Shown piece by piece: positions 18,462-27,617 of a stretch of 57,282 nucleotides of DNA. The notes beneath the pieces were generated by a model that was not told the DNA's origin, ran no database searches, and saw nothing but the letters and a program-made list of their open reading frames with translations. The DNA comes from a virus. Lineage: Duplodnaviria; Caudoviricetes. How positions within the stretch are numbered: position 1 is the stretch's first letter; each line of letters starts with the position of its first letter. A program made the translations under genes and the position numbers. Where the stretch lies: positions 1 to 57,282 of the IMG/VR virus record IMGVR_UViG_3300026123_000005, one strand, 5' to 3'.

Positions 18462-18469
18462 TATAAATA
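18462..18469 (+). promoter_or_regulatory. Late promoter TATAAATA for the baseplate operon
   Basis: Exact consensus followed by GAGGA SD and GTG at 18492. Confidence 0.75.
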
Positions 18470-18491
18470 CAATATTAATGAGGATAAAACC

Positions 18492-19133
18492 GTGGCAAAA
18501 GTGTTTTCAAAGGGTGTTGGTAGAGATCAGAAGGCTAAGTTAGTGGCCAAGGATGTCGGTAATACATCTATGTTCAGTAAAGGGATTATGTCAAATCTCC
18601 AAAAGTTTGGCGGTGTGGTATTCCCATATACGCCTACTATTCAGATATCACATGCCGCAGCATATGGTGAATACGATATACCTCATAGTATATATCAGGC
18701 GCAGTATTTTTCTCATACAGCAAATCCTACCATATCTGTTCAGGCAACATTCACTGCGCAAGACGAAGAAGATGCTATCATGAGCGCCGCGGCTCTTCAG
18801 TTTTTCAAATCTATGACAAAGATGGATTTTGGTTTAGAAGCAAAGAAATTAAAAACAGCAGGCGCACCACCGCCTGTGTTATTGTTTAGTGCTTATGGAG
18901 CATTACACTTCAAAAATACACCTGTTGTAGTGAAGAACTTTAGTTATGCGTTGTCTGAAGAGCCAGATTATATAACATTCACAGACAATGTTATGGGTGA
19001 TATCACTGTTCCTACCATGTGGCTGGCTAGTTTAGAGTTGGCTGTACAAGTGGCTCCTGTCAAACAAAAAGAATTTGATTTGAGAGCGTATAGGTCAGGA
19101 GCATTACTTAACGGTGGAGGATTCTGGGGATAA
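18492..19133 (+). CDS. Baseplate/tail-tube-initiator-like protein
   Basis: 'GVVFPYTPTI', 'GAPPPVLLFSAYG...PVVV' resemble tube-fold baseplate proteins; first gene of the baseplate operon. Confidence 0.6.
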   Translation: MAKVFSKGVGRDQKAKLVAKDVGNTSMFSKGIMSNLQKFGGVVFPYTPTIQISHAAAYGEYDIPHSIYQAQYFSHTANPTISVQATFTAQDEEDAIMSAAALQFFKSMTKMDFGLEAKKLKTAGAPPPVLLFSAYGALHFKNTPVVVKNFSYALSEEPDYITFTDNVMGDITVPTMWLASLELAVQVAPVKQKEFDLRAYRSGALLNGGGFWG

Positions 19134-19414
19134 TGGAATACAAAAAAGACAGTTTATATAGAAAGACAGGATTTACCCGTAGAGGATATCTGGATGTTTT
19201 GACTGACCCAGTTGGCGACATAAGCGCATATCAAACTACAACGGTTGTTATAGATAATAAATACGAGAACCGACCAGATTTGTTAGCATACGAGCTTTAT
19301 GGCAATCCTAAAGTCTGGTGGGTATTTGCATTCTTTAATCAAGATACTCTGTTAGACCCAATCATTGACTTTAAAGCGGGTCTGGAATTAACCGTACCGA
19401 CGAAATTTATATAA
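19133..19414 (+). CDS. gp53: Baseplate wedge protein, LysM-like (gp53-like)
   Basis: 'RPDLLAYELYGNPKVWWVFA..N' motif. Confidence 0.85.
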   Translation: MEYKKDSLYRKTGFTRRGYLDVLTDPVGDISAYQTTTVVIDNKYENRPDLLAYELYGNPKVWWVFAFFNQDTLLDPIIDFKAGLELTVPTKFI

Positions 19415-21594
19415 TGGCAAAACTAAGCGAAAACTGGCTTTCTACCGTTGATTTAGGAACTTATCACTTGACGCTATACATGGTATCAAGTGCGATTTCC
19501 AACGACCCATCGCCACTAAAAAATGATGCCAGTATCAGTGAAAAAGATGCTATCATTATTGCTGAAAGTGGTGTGACTGGTGGATATACCATAGACAATG
19601 TTCTTATGCGAAGTGCTCTTGTGGGTGCGAGTAGTACTGGTGGCATGGCTACAGGTATCATACAATTTGACCTACATGAACCACTAGCATTCAAACTTTT
19701 GGATAGAATACTATCTTATACAGGCAATTTTGGTTGGCAAACAATGCAAAGTGCTCAGTATGTTTTGAAGATTGAATTTTTGGGCAGAGACCATCGTACT
19801 GATAGAGTTAAAAGATATCCAGGTGTTCATTTATACACACTCACTATTCAGTCGGTAGATGCCAAAGTCACTACTAGAGGCACAATGTATAATATTGTGG
19901 CGGCTACACGAACTACTACAGCTATCCAGAAAGCGGTCGTTGAAACTACAATAAGTGTTAATGATATAGAGACTATGCGAGATTTTATAAAAAATCTTGA
20001 AAGTACATTGAATGATGTGTATGTGCCTAGATTGCGAGCACAGCCAGCGCATGGTAACTCTGGAAATTCTTCATTTAGATATCGTATTGAGATAGATGAA
20101 CAAGGAGCTAGAAGTGGCGCATTACAAAAATTACTTCAAACTCCAGAAGCTATTAACAAAATAGTACCTTTCCCTACGAGTGTAGTTGATAGTTTATGGG
20201 GTGGATTAAGAAGTGAGAAACAACCTTCGCCTGCTGAGACACATGGTGTAGAGAAGAAACTAACCGAAGACTTAGCACCTGGTAATAACATAGTTGAGTT
20301 TATAAAACAAAAAGTACAAGCAAACGTCCCGGCATTTGTAGAGTGGCAAGAAACTAAAAAGCCAGACCCGATTACACCTACGCCTATTGTTCAGGTTATA
20401 TCCACCACTGAAGTAACAGAAGACGCTGATGCATTGACAGGCGAACCAATAACTGAAATAATATTCATAGTTACAACTTCGCAAGAGTATAGTGATATTG
20501 AAAAATCATATGCTGACCAACAAAGTAAGTTGAGAAATGCCGGAGTACAGCGAGCAAGATTTGATTCTTTGCCTATAAGAAAAAAATATACATATCTTTA
20601 CTCAGGTGAAAACACAGAAGTTTTGGATTTTGAGATACATTTTAATATGATGTTTGCAGCGGCAAAATATCCAATTGACGGCAAGTTATATCCTACTGCC
20701 ACACAAATGGTAACAGGTTCTAAGACGGAAGAAGGTCCTATTAGTACACCGCAATCTGTGCCACCTTTGCCGCCAAATTTTGTAATGGAATCATCTAGGA
20801 ATAAACCAAAAACGATAGATGATTTCGCAGTAGATATTCCAACGTTTGATGAATTGTATCAGGAAAGTCAAGCACGTGGAATTGTACAGAATTACAATGA
20901 TAACGGGCTTGCACCACCAGTGGTTAATCCTAGTGATATCACATCGTTTTATGCTCCTATCAATGCATTAGAACGAGAATTGAATCCAACGATATATGAG
21001 CAGTTCCCTCCAAGTCAGGCATCTCCTGGTTATGGAGCAGTGAGATATCTGGAAGATTTAAATGTATCTACCGGCAGGTCATATGTAGAATCTATAAATT
21101 ATAACTATGTTTCTATGAATCCTGCGTTATTGCGTATAACAGAAATGACTACGCCAGAATTGGCAGGAGCTACGATAGATTCTATTCGTTTGGCAGAATT
21201 ACACAACCGTGCATCTAACGGTCTTCAGGCGGAGCTAAGTATAAAAGGTGACCCATTCTGGTTAGGTACTCCTGGTGCAGTATTAGATACAGCGCCATCG
21301 TCTGGCTCTTCTGTTGATGCGGCTATAGTAGATAGTACAAGCGAAGAATCATTACAGAAATATTTGTATCACGGCGGTGTACTGATAGCATTGGCTACAT
21401 ATAATCCAGATGAAAACATTGCTCAGCCTGATAAACCATTTGGCAAAGAAATGGATATGGTAAGCAGTGGTGTTTATCGTGTAGTCATCGTAGAATCGCG
21501 ATTCGCCGGCGGTGAATTCACACAACAACTAACATGTCAACGGGAGATTAATACTGCCGTTGCGCTTGTAGCAAATCAACTTGATCAATTATAA
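19414..21594 (+). CDS. Baseplate hub-like protein (gp27/gpD position)
   Basis: Lies between gp53 and the spike; C-terminal 'IKGDPFWL...SGVYRVVIVESRF..GEFTQQL'. Confidence 0.6.
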   Translation: MAKLSENWLSTVDLGTYHLTLYMVSSAISNDPSPLKNDASISEKDAIIIAESGVTGGYTIDNVLMRSALVGASSTGGMATGIIQFDLHEPLAFKLLDRILSYTGNFGWQTMQSAQYVLKIEFLGRDHRTDRVKRYPGVHLYTLTIQSVDAKVTTRGTMYNIVAATRTTTAIQKAVVETTISVNDIETMRDFIKNLESTLNDVYVPRLRAQPAHGNSGNSSFRYRIEIDEQGARSGALQKLLQTPEAINKIVPFPTSVVDSLWGGLRSEKQPSPAETHGVEKKLTEDLAPGNNIVEFIKQKVQANVPAFVEWQETKKPDPITPTPIVQVISTTEVTEDADALTGEPITEIIFIVTTSQEYSDIEKSYADQQSKLRNAGVQRARFDSLPIRKKYTYLYSGENTEVLDFEIHFNMMFAAAKYPIDGKLYPTATQMVTGSKTEEGPISTPQSVPPLPPNFVMESSRNKPKTIDDFAVDIPTFDELYQESQARGIVQNYNDNGLAPPVVNPSDITSFYAPINALERELNPTIYEQFPPSQASPGYGAVRYLEDLNVSTGRSYVESINYNYVSMNPALLRITEMTTPELAGATIDSIRLAELHNRASNGLQAELSIKGDPFWLGTPGAVLDTAPSSGSSVDAAIVDSTSEESLQKYLYHGGVLIALATYNPDENIAQPDKPFGKEMDMVSSGVYRVVIVESRFAGGEFTQQLTCQREINTAVALVANQLDQL

Positions 21595-21602
21595 AGGTTA
21601 TT

Positions 21603-22859
21603 ATGGGATATACAAAAAAGACGACAAATAAAAACATAGCACAGAGACACCAAGAAAACTTAGACTATATCAATGTTCTGAGTAATCTTTATCTGGCTGT
21701 TGTCGCGGATACACAAGATAAAACTTACATGGGTAGAGTATTCGTACATATACCTGCCCTTGGTGCTCCGAGTAAAGTTCCCGAGACACCACATGAAAGA
21801 GGAATGGATGGACTTCGTGCTGTTCAATTAGTCACTCCTTTTGGAGGACACACTGACCCTCTACAAGTTTCAAGTGCGGTTGAAGTATATGGCGAGGATT
21901 TAACAAGTATTAATGGTACGGTAAAATCATACGGTATGTGGCCACAACCTCCAGCGCCTGGTACTACGGTACTTGTTGCGTATTCAGCCAGTAGTGAGCA
22001 AGGTTTTCTTTTAGGCTCATTAATGTCGTTTGACAGAAACTTTATGATGGGCGGCCGTGCGAGCGGTGATGCTTATGAAGGAGGAGCTATTGTTCCTGGT
22101 CAAACAGGTGAAAAGAATCCAGAAGATTTAAGTAATCCAGAAGTTAGACCAGCCGACCCTAATCCTATGAAATGGATGAAAGAGCAAGGACTATATGAAG
22201 ATGCTGCGAGGGGTCACAGCGCATCAAGTGCTCGCCGAGAAACACCTAGCAAAGTGTTTGGTATCACTACCGCGGAAGGTCATGTGTTGACTATGGACGA
22301 TGGTGATGAAAGTGGCAACAGTAAAAATATTAGAATCAGGTCAAAAGATGGCGCTCAAATACTTATTGATGACACGAATAGGTTCATATTTGTAAACAAT
22401 CATGATGGCAGTAGTTGGATTGAATTAGATGATGAAGGTAATATAGATATCTATGCTAAAGGCAAAATTAGTATGCACACTGAGGATGATTTCAATCTTC
22501 ATGCTAAAGGCGATATCAATATGCAAGCTGACAAAAACATCAATATCAAGGCAATAGGTCCTCAAGGCATTCGTGTTGAAACTACTGTGGGTGATATGGA
22601 CTTTTTGGTAGCAAGTGATTGGAAAACTACTGCTGGTGGTACAACTAACATTCGTAGCCGCCACCATATAGAAACGGCTGACCGAATTGATATGAATGGT
22701 CCTCAGGCAGCTAATGCGTTGGCTCCTTTTGTGAATAATTTGCCTGCCAACAGAAACGTTACCGTGAGTATTGCTAATCGTGTTCCCGAGCACCATCCAT
22801 GGGAAGGTGTAAATGCTAAACAAACTGATTGGACAAAAGCTAAGGGAGACCTCAAGTAA
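21603..22859 (+). CDS. gp5: Baseplate central spike (gp5/VgrG/gpV-like)
   Basis: N-terminal OB-fold 'MGRVFVHIP..SYGMW..P.PGTTVLV', 'GHVLTMDD', beta-helix repeats, 'RVPEHHPW' tip. Confidence 0.8.
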   Translation: MGYTKKTTNKNIAQRHQENLDYINVLSNLYLAVVADTQDKTYMGRVFVHIPALGAPSKVPETPHERGMDGLRAVQLVTPFGGHTDPLQVSSAVEVYGEDLTSINGTVKSYGMWPQPPAPGTTVLVAYSASSEQGFLLGSLMSFDRNFMMGGRASGDAYEGGAIVPGQTGEKNPEDLSNPEVRPADPNPMKWMKEQGLYEDAARGHSASSARRETPSKVFGITTAEGHVLTMDDGDESGNSKNIRIRSKDGAQILIDDTNRFIFVNNHDGSSWIELDDEGNIDIYAKGKISMHTEDDFNLHAKGDINMQADKNINIKAIGPQGIRVETTVGDMDFLVASDWKTTAGGTTNIRSRHHIETADRIDMNGPQAANALAPFVNNLPANRNVTVSIANRVPEHHPWEGVNAKQTDWTKAKGDLK

Positions 22860-23575
22860 TGTTCAATCAAGTGCCTGAGATAACAGAAGATAATTTGATT
22901 GAATGGGATATTTTTGTTCCTAAAAATAGCTCGTTGGTATATGATTTGGTCCAATTATCCGAACTAGAATCTAGCAAAGAAGTTATTTCAGTTGCGTTGG
23001 CATATATGGGATGGAATCCTTACCAAGTGATTCAAGATGGAAAAACTATAATAGGTTATGGTTCAGAAACACAAATTGATTCAAATGGGTTAACGGAATC
23101 AGCGAGCTACAGTGAATTCATAGGTCGTTGGAAAGAAACAGAGCGTAAATTAAAACGACTTATAAGCGTTAATGCGTTAAGTCAGACACAATATGATGCT
23201 TTGGTCAGTTTGTACTTCTTCACAGGAGATTTCAAGTATGTGGGGACGGGCACCTACCGATTCTACATCGGAGATTATATAAAACAAGGTAAATGGGATT
23301 ACATTGCTACGGCTTTGATAAAATCAAATTACCAACGGTCTATTAGACGCCAAGAAGCTAATATTTTAATGTTAGCTGATTATGGTCAGCCAAAATCAAG
23401 AGAGGATATCCGTGAGCAATCATTGCAAGAGATTCGCAAACGTCATCCTGAGTTACTATCTCCTGTTCAACGTCAACAGGCAGAATATGTATATTATTCT
23501 GAAACTAAGAGATTTTTGCCTAAGATGACACAAAGTAGAATGAGACAAATAGTAAAATTATTAAGTACATCGTAA
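22859..23575 (+). CDS. GH24 lysozyme-like baseplate protein, possibly inactive
   Basis: 'IIGYG', 'LSQTQYDALVSL', 'RRQEA' GH24 motifs; Met where the catalytic Glu is expected. Confidence 0.65.
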   Translation: MFNQVPEITEDNLIEWDIFVPKNSSLVYDLVQLSELESSKEVISVALAYMGWNPYQVIQDGKTIIGYGSETQIDSNGLTESASYSEFIGRWKETERKLKRLISVNALSQTQYDALVSLYFFTGDFKYVGTGTYRFYIGDYIKQGKWDYIATALIKSNYQRSIRRQEANILMLADYGQPKSREDIREQSLQEIRKRHPELLSPVQRQQAEYVYYSETKRFLPKMTQSRMRQIVKLLSTS

Positions 23576-23606
23576 GATAAATATTTTTATAACGAGAAGA
23601 AAATAC

Positions 23607-24164
23607 ATGTCAAGTGTACTATTATTGAATGCCGATGCTCAGCCCTTAAGTTTACTGCCATTAAGCACGATTAGTTGGCAGAATGCTATAAAAGCGTATT
23701 ATCAAGAAAAAGTGGATATCATAAAGCATTATGATGATATCTATATAAACAGTGTAAATTTCAAAATGAACATGCCCAGTGTGGTGATGTTACGGCGTTA
23801 TCATCGGCGACCTAGAAATGCCAAATTTTCACGGAGGAACATGTATGTCCGGGATGACTACAGGTGTCAGTACTGTGGTGAAAGATTTGAATCTAGTGAA
23901 TTAACAATTGACCACGTACATCCCAGAAGTCTGGGCGGCGACACAAGTTGGGAAAACTGTACCACTGCCTGTTTCCCATGTAACACACAAAAAGGCAGTA
24001 AACTAATAAAACCTATCACACAACCATATAATCCAAGTTGGTATCAAATAAACAACAGAGCAAAAATATTTAAGATAAACATTCCAGACACTGGTTGGAG
24101 TGAATTCTTGGATTGGCCGTCTGAATTGATACATTACTCCGCTAACATGGAATTTGCTCATTAA
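23607..24164 (+). CDS. HNH endonuclease
   Basis: 'RDDYRCQYCG..LTIDHVHPRSLGG..WENCTTACFPCN.QKG'; GATAAATA at 23576-23583 upstream. Confidence 0.92.
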   Translation: MSSVLLLNADAQPLSLLPLSTISWQNAIKAYYQEKVDIIKHYDDIYINSVNFKMNMPSVVMLRRYHRRPRNAKFSRRNMYVRDDYRCQYCGERFESSELTIDHVHPRSLGGDTSWENCTTACFPCNTQKGSKLIKPITQPYNPSWYQINNRAKIFKINIPDTGWSEFLDWPSELIHYSANMEFAH

Positions 24165-24195
24165 AAGCTACTATAATTTTTAGCTAAATATAAGT

Positions 24196-24579
24196 ATGAG
24201 CAAAAAAATAATTGGTTATACTACACGAGACAGATACAGAACAAGCTTACCGCTAACGGGAATGGAGTTGGCGAAACAGGACTTGTTGAATCACTTTGCG
24301 ATACGAAAAGGCGAGAAATGGACAAACCCTGAGTTTGGTTCCAACTTGCCTTATTACGTTTTTCAGCCATTGGATGATGCCACTGTTGATTTAATTGAGC
24401 GTGATGTTATTGATGTTGTTTCGTATGACCCTAGATTTCAGTTAATGGATAATTCTCTGACAGTTATAGAGGATGAGCATTTGGTGGTATTGCGTGTAGA
24501 GTTATTATATGTGCCTACTACGACCCAAACCGAACTTGAAATAAAATTTGACCGTGAGTCACAGAATTCAGAGTTTTAA
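24196..24579 (+). CDS. gp25: Baseplate wedge subunit gp25-like
   Basis: 'KQDLLNHFAIRKGEK..NPEFGS..FQP...DPR' motif. Confidence 0.88.
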   Translation: MSKKIIGYTTRDRYRTSLPLTGMELAKQDLLNHFAIRKGEKWTNPEFGSNLPYYVFQPLDDATVDLIERDVIDVVSYDPRFQLMDNSLTVIEDEHLVVLRVELLYVPTTTQTELEIKFDRESQNSEF

Positions 24580-24581
24580 TT

Positions 24582-27500
24582 ATGGCCCAAACAGTAAGAC
24601 AAAATAGATTATTCGTAGCAGAAGATTATACTGCGATTTACGAGAGTTACATCAATGCTAATCTTCAAGCATATGATTATGATACCATTCGCTCAGCAAT
24701 GGTCAATTATGTTCGTTCAACTTATCCAGAAAATTTCAACGACTGGATAGAAAGCGCAGAGTTTGTTGCTATTCTTGATTTGATTGCTCAGTTTGGCCAT
24801 AACTTAGCATTCCGTGTTGATATGAATAGCCGCAACAACTTTCTTTCTACAGCAGAAAGACAAGATGCGGTTTATAAACTTGCTGAGTTTTTAGGTTATC
24901 AATCTAGGCGAAATCTTGCTGCTTCAGGTTTATTAAAAGTAACAAGTATTCGTACTAACGAAACCGTAATTGGCAGCCAGGGCACAAGTCTAGCGGGCAC
25001 AGAAATTCGTTATGAAAATTCTGCTAATGCTGATAATCTAGATGATTTTATTACAGTAATGAATGCTGTATTGGCTCCTAATAATCAGTTTGGTTCGCCT
25101 CGTAAGCAAGCCAGTATTGGTGGTATCAACACACAATTCTACAATATTAATAATACTCCTGACCAAATATTTTTTACTTTAAGTGGTTCAGTCCAAGGTA
25201 CATCTGCGTCTTTTAATGCTGTTAGTTTGTCATATAGTAAGGCTAGAAATTTGCCATTGGAAACAATGCCTAATCCTTCTAATGCTTTCTCTATTCTATA
25301 CAGAAATGATGGCACTGGAGTGACTAGTGCAAATACAGGTTTCTTTGTGGGCGTTAAGCAAGGCGAAATGCAATACAAAGATGTAGATATCAACGAGCCT
25401 ATTGATAATCTATCGGTAGATGTTGAAGCAACTAATGTGAATGAAACAGATGTATGGGTTCAACGAATAAATGACACTGGCGATGTACAAGAGATATGGT
25501 ATAAAGTAGACAATGTATTTGGCAGCAACATAGCATACAATGCGTTATCGCAAGGTGAGCGTAACATATTTAGTGTTAAGACTCGTGAAAATAACAAGAT
25601 AAGTATACAATTTGCCGACAGAAGATTTGGCAACTTGCCTCGTGGTCGTTTCCGTATTTGGTACAGAACCAGTTTGAATGACACATACGTTTTACGCCCA
25701 GAAGATTTAGGTTCAAACAGCATAACATTCCAATACATTGGAGCTGATGGTAATCCGTATTCGGCAACTATGGTAGTGAAATTAAAAGAATCTATTGTTA
25801 ATGCTAGTGCTGGTGAAACATTAGACGATATTAAGACTAATGCGCCTAGAATTTATGCTACGCAAGATAGAATGATAACTGCTTCAGACTACAGCAGTTA
25901 TTTAATATCACAGAGTAGTAACATTCTTAAAATTAAAAGTGTAAATCGTACCCACAGTGGTCACAGTCGTTATATTGATTACAATGACCCTACTGGTGCT
26001 TACACTAATGTTAATGTTTTTGGTAGAGATGGCAAAATCACACGAGAAGAAACAATCGGTGTGACAAAATCTTCTTATTCTGACGTTAATAGAATATACA
26101 ATGAAAATATAAAACCTATTCTATCTAATCCAAATGTAATTAACACATATTACGATATGAATCGTGACGCATTTACTGCTTTATATGCAGATTACAATGA
26201 AAAAACATACGTATGGCAAAAAGTAATAACGTTAGGAGATATCACTACTGGATATATAACAGATAATTCAAATAATAGTATTCAATCTGTTGGATTAACT
26301 TCATTTGACTATTTAAAACATGTTACTTCTGATGCACTTGTTAAATTTTTAACACCTGACGGCGAAGAATTGTGGGCAAGAATTTCTACGATAAACAACA
26401 ACGGATTAGGCATAGACAATGTTGCTGGATTACCTACGGGCAAAACATCTACTGGTATAGGAGCTATATCATTAGATGCTGATATTCCTCAAGGCAGTGA
26501 AATAATAATGGTTTATCCTGCGTTTAATCGTGATTTTTCAGAACAAGAAGTAATCAATATCATTTCAAAATTAGACAATAACGAGTCGTTTTCTGCTAGT
26601 TACGATTATTTAAAACGACAGTGGATATTTGAATCAGATGCTAGTTTAGAAGACGAAGGCTGGTTATTCTTTGTGGATTATGTTGCCACAGAAGAAACAA
26701 ACTATATATACACTAATGATACATACATATATCTTGAATCAAATGAAGTAGTGTTTTCAAATACAAATAACGAAGCTGCTCTTGATTCTTATACTCGTAA
26801 GAAATCCAGAGACTTGACTACATTTATTATGTATGAAGGCAATGACATAAAAGAATATACAGTGTATATAGACTCATTGATAAACAACAATAAAGTATCG
26901 TTGGCTATTGAAGATAAACAACGTGATTCTCGTCCAGACAATCCTGATGTGTTTCTATCTATATTAGGAAATAATCAAAGCTCATTCAATAACAGATTTG
27001 AATGGGTCCATGTGCCGGCAGAAAATGAACTAGTTGACCCAAGTTTTACAAACATTGTTGATGTGTTCGCATTGACTAGAACATACGACACCGCGTATAG
27101 AAATTATTTGCGTGATACGAGTGGTCTAATTGATGAGCCGGTTCCGCCGACTATTGATGAATTGAACCAACAATTCAAACAAGTAAATACTAAGAAAGCA
27201 ATGAGTGATAAAATCATTTATCGTCCAGTTAGATATCGTCCATTGTTTGGACCAAAAGCATCTTATGAAAATAGAGGCAGACTTCGTGTAGTTAAAGTAG
27301 CTGGCTCAAACATGACTGATAATGAAATAAGAAGTCGTGTAGTACAGTATGTTGGAGAATTCTTTAACTTGTCTAACTGGGATTTTGGTGAAACATTCTA
27401 CTTTACAGAATTGGCAGCATATGTACATGGTAAAATGCCGGGCATTGTGAGTAGTTTAGTTATCATACCAGAATTCAATAACAGTGTATTTGGTGATTTA

Positions 27501-27605
27501 TTCCAAATTGAAGCAAAAACAGATGAAATTTTTATTCCTGATGTAGGCGTAGATATCGTAGATATTATTGACAGCATCAACGATTCAACTATAAAGACAG
27601 CGTAA
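24582..27605 (+). CDS. gp6: Baseplate wedge protein gp6-like
   Basis: 'FNDWIES', 'NFLSTAER', 'IQFAD..FGNLP', 'IKTNAPRIYATQDRMITASDY'. Confidence 0.88.
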   Translation: MAQTVRQNRLFVAEDYTAIYESYINANLQAYDYDTIRSAMVNYVRSTYPENFNDWIESAEFVAILDLIAQFGHNLAFRVDMNSRNNFLSTAERQDAVYKLAEFLGYQSRRNLAASGLLKVTSIRTNETVIGSQGTSLAGTEIRYENSANADNLDDFITVMNAVLAPNNQFGSPRKQASIGGINTQFYNINNTPDQIFFTLSGSVQGTSASFNAVSLSYSKARNLPLETMPNPSNAFSILYRNDGTGVTSANTGFFVGVKQGEMQYKDVDINEPIDNLSVDVEATNVNETDVWVQRINDTGDVQEIWYKVDNVFGSNIAYNALSQGERNIFSVKTRENNKISIQFADRRFGNLPRGRFRIWYRTSLNDTYVLRPEDLGSNSITFQYIGADGNPYSATMVVKLKESIVNASAGETLDDIKTNAPRIYATQDRMITASDYSSYLISQSSNILKIKSVNRTHSGHSRYIDYNDPTGAYTNVNVFGRDGKITREETIGVTKSSYSDVNRIYNENIKPILSNPNVINTYYDMNRDAFTALYADYNEKTYVWQKVITLGDITTGYITDNSNNSIQSVGLTSFDYLKHVTSDALVKFLTPDGEELWARISTINNNGLGIDNVAGLPTGKTSTGIGAISLDADIPQGSEIIMVYPAFNRDFSEQEVINIISKLDNNESFSASYDYLKRQWIFESDASLEDEGWLFFVDYVATEETNYIYTNDTYIYLESNEVVFSNTNNEAALDSYTRKKSRDLTTFIMYEGNDIKEYTVYIDSLINNNKVSLAIEDKQRDSRPDNPDVFLSILGNNQSSFNNRFEWVHVPAENELVDPSFTNIVDVFALTRTYDTAYRNYLRDTSGLIDEPVPPTIDELNQQFKQVNTKKAMSDKIIYRPVRYRPLFGPKASYENRGRLRVVKVAGSNMTDNEIRSRVVQYVGEFFNLSNWDFGETFYFTELAAYVHGKMPGIVSSLVIIPEFNNSVFGDLFQIEAKTDEIFIPDVGVDIVDIIDSINDSTIKTA

Positions 27606-27617
27606 GGTACATAGTAA

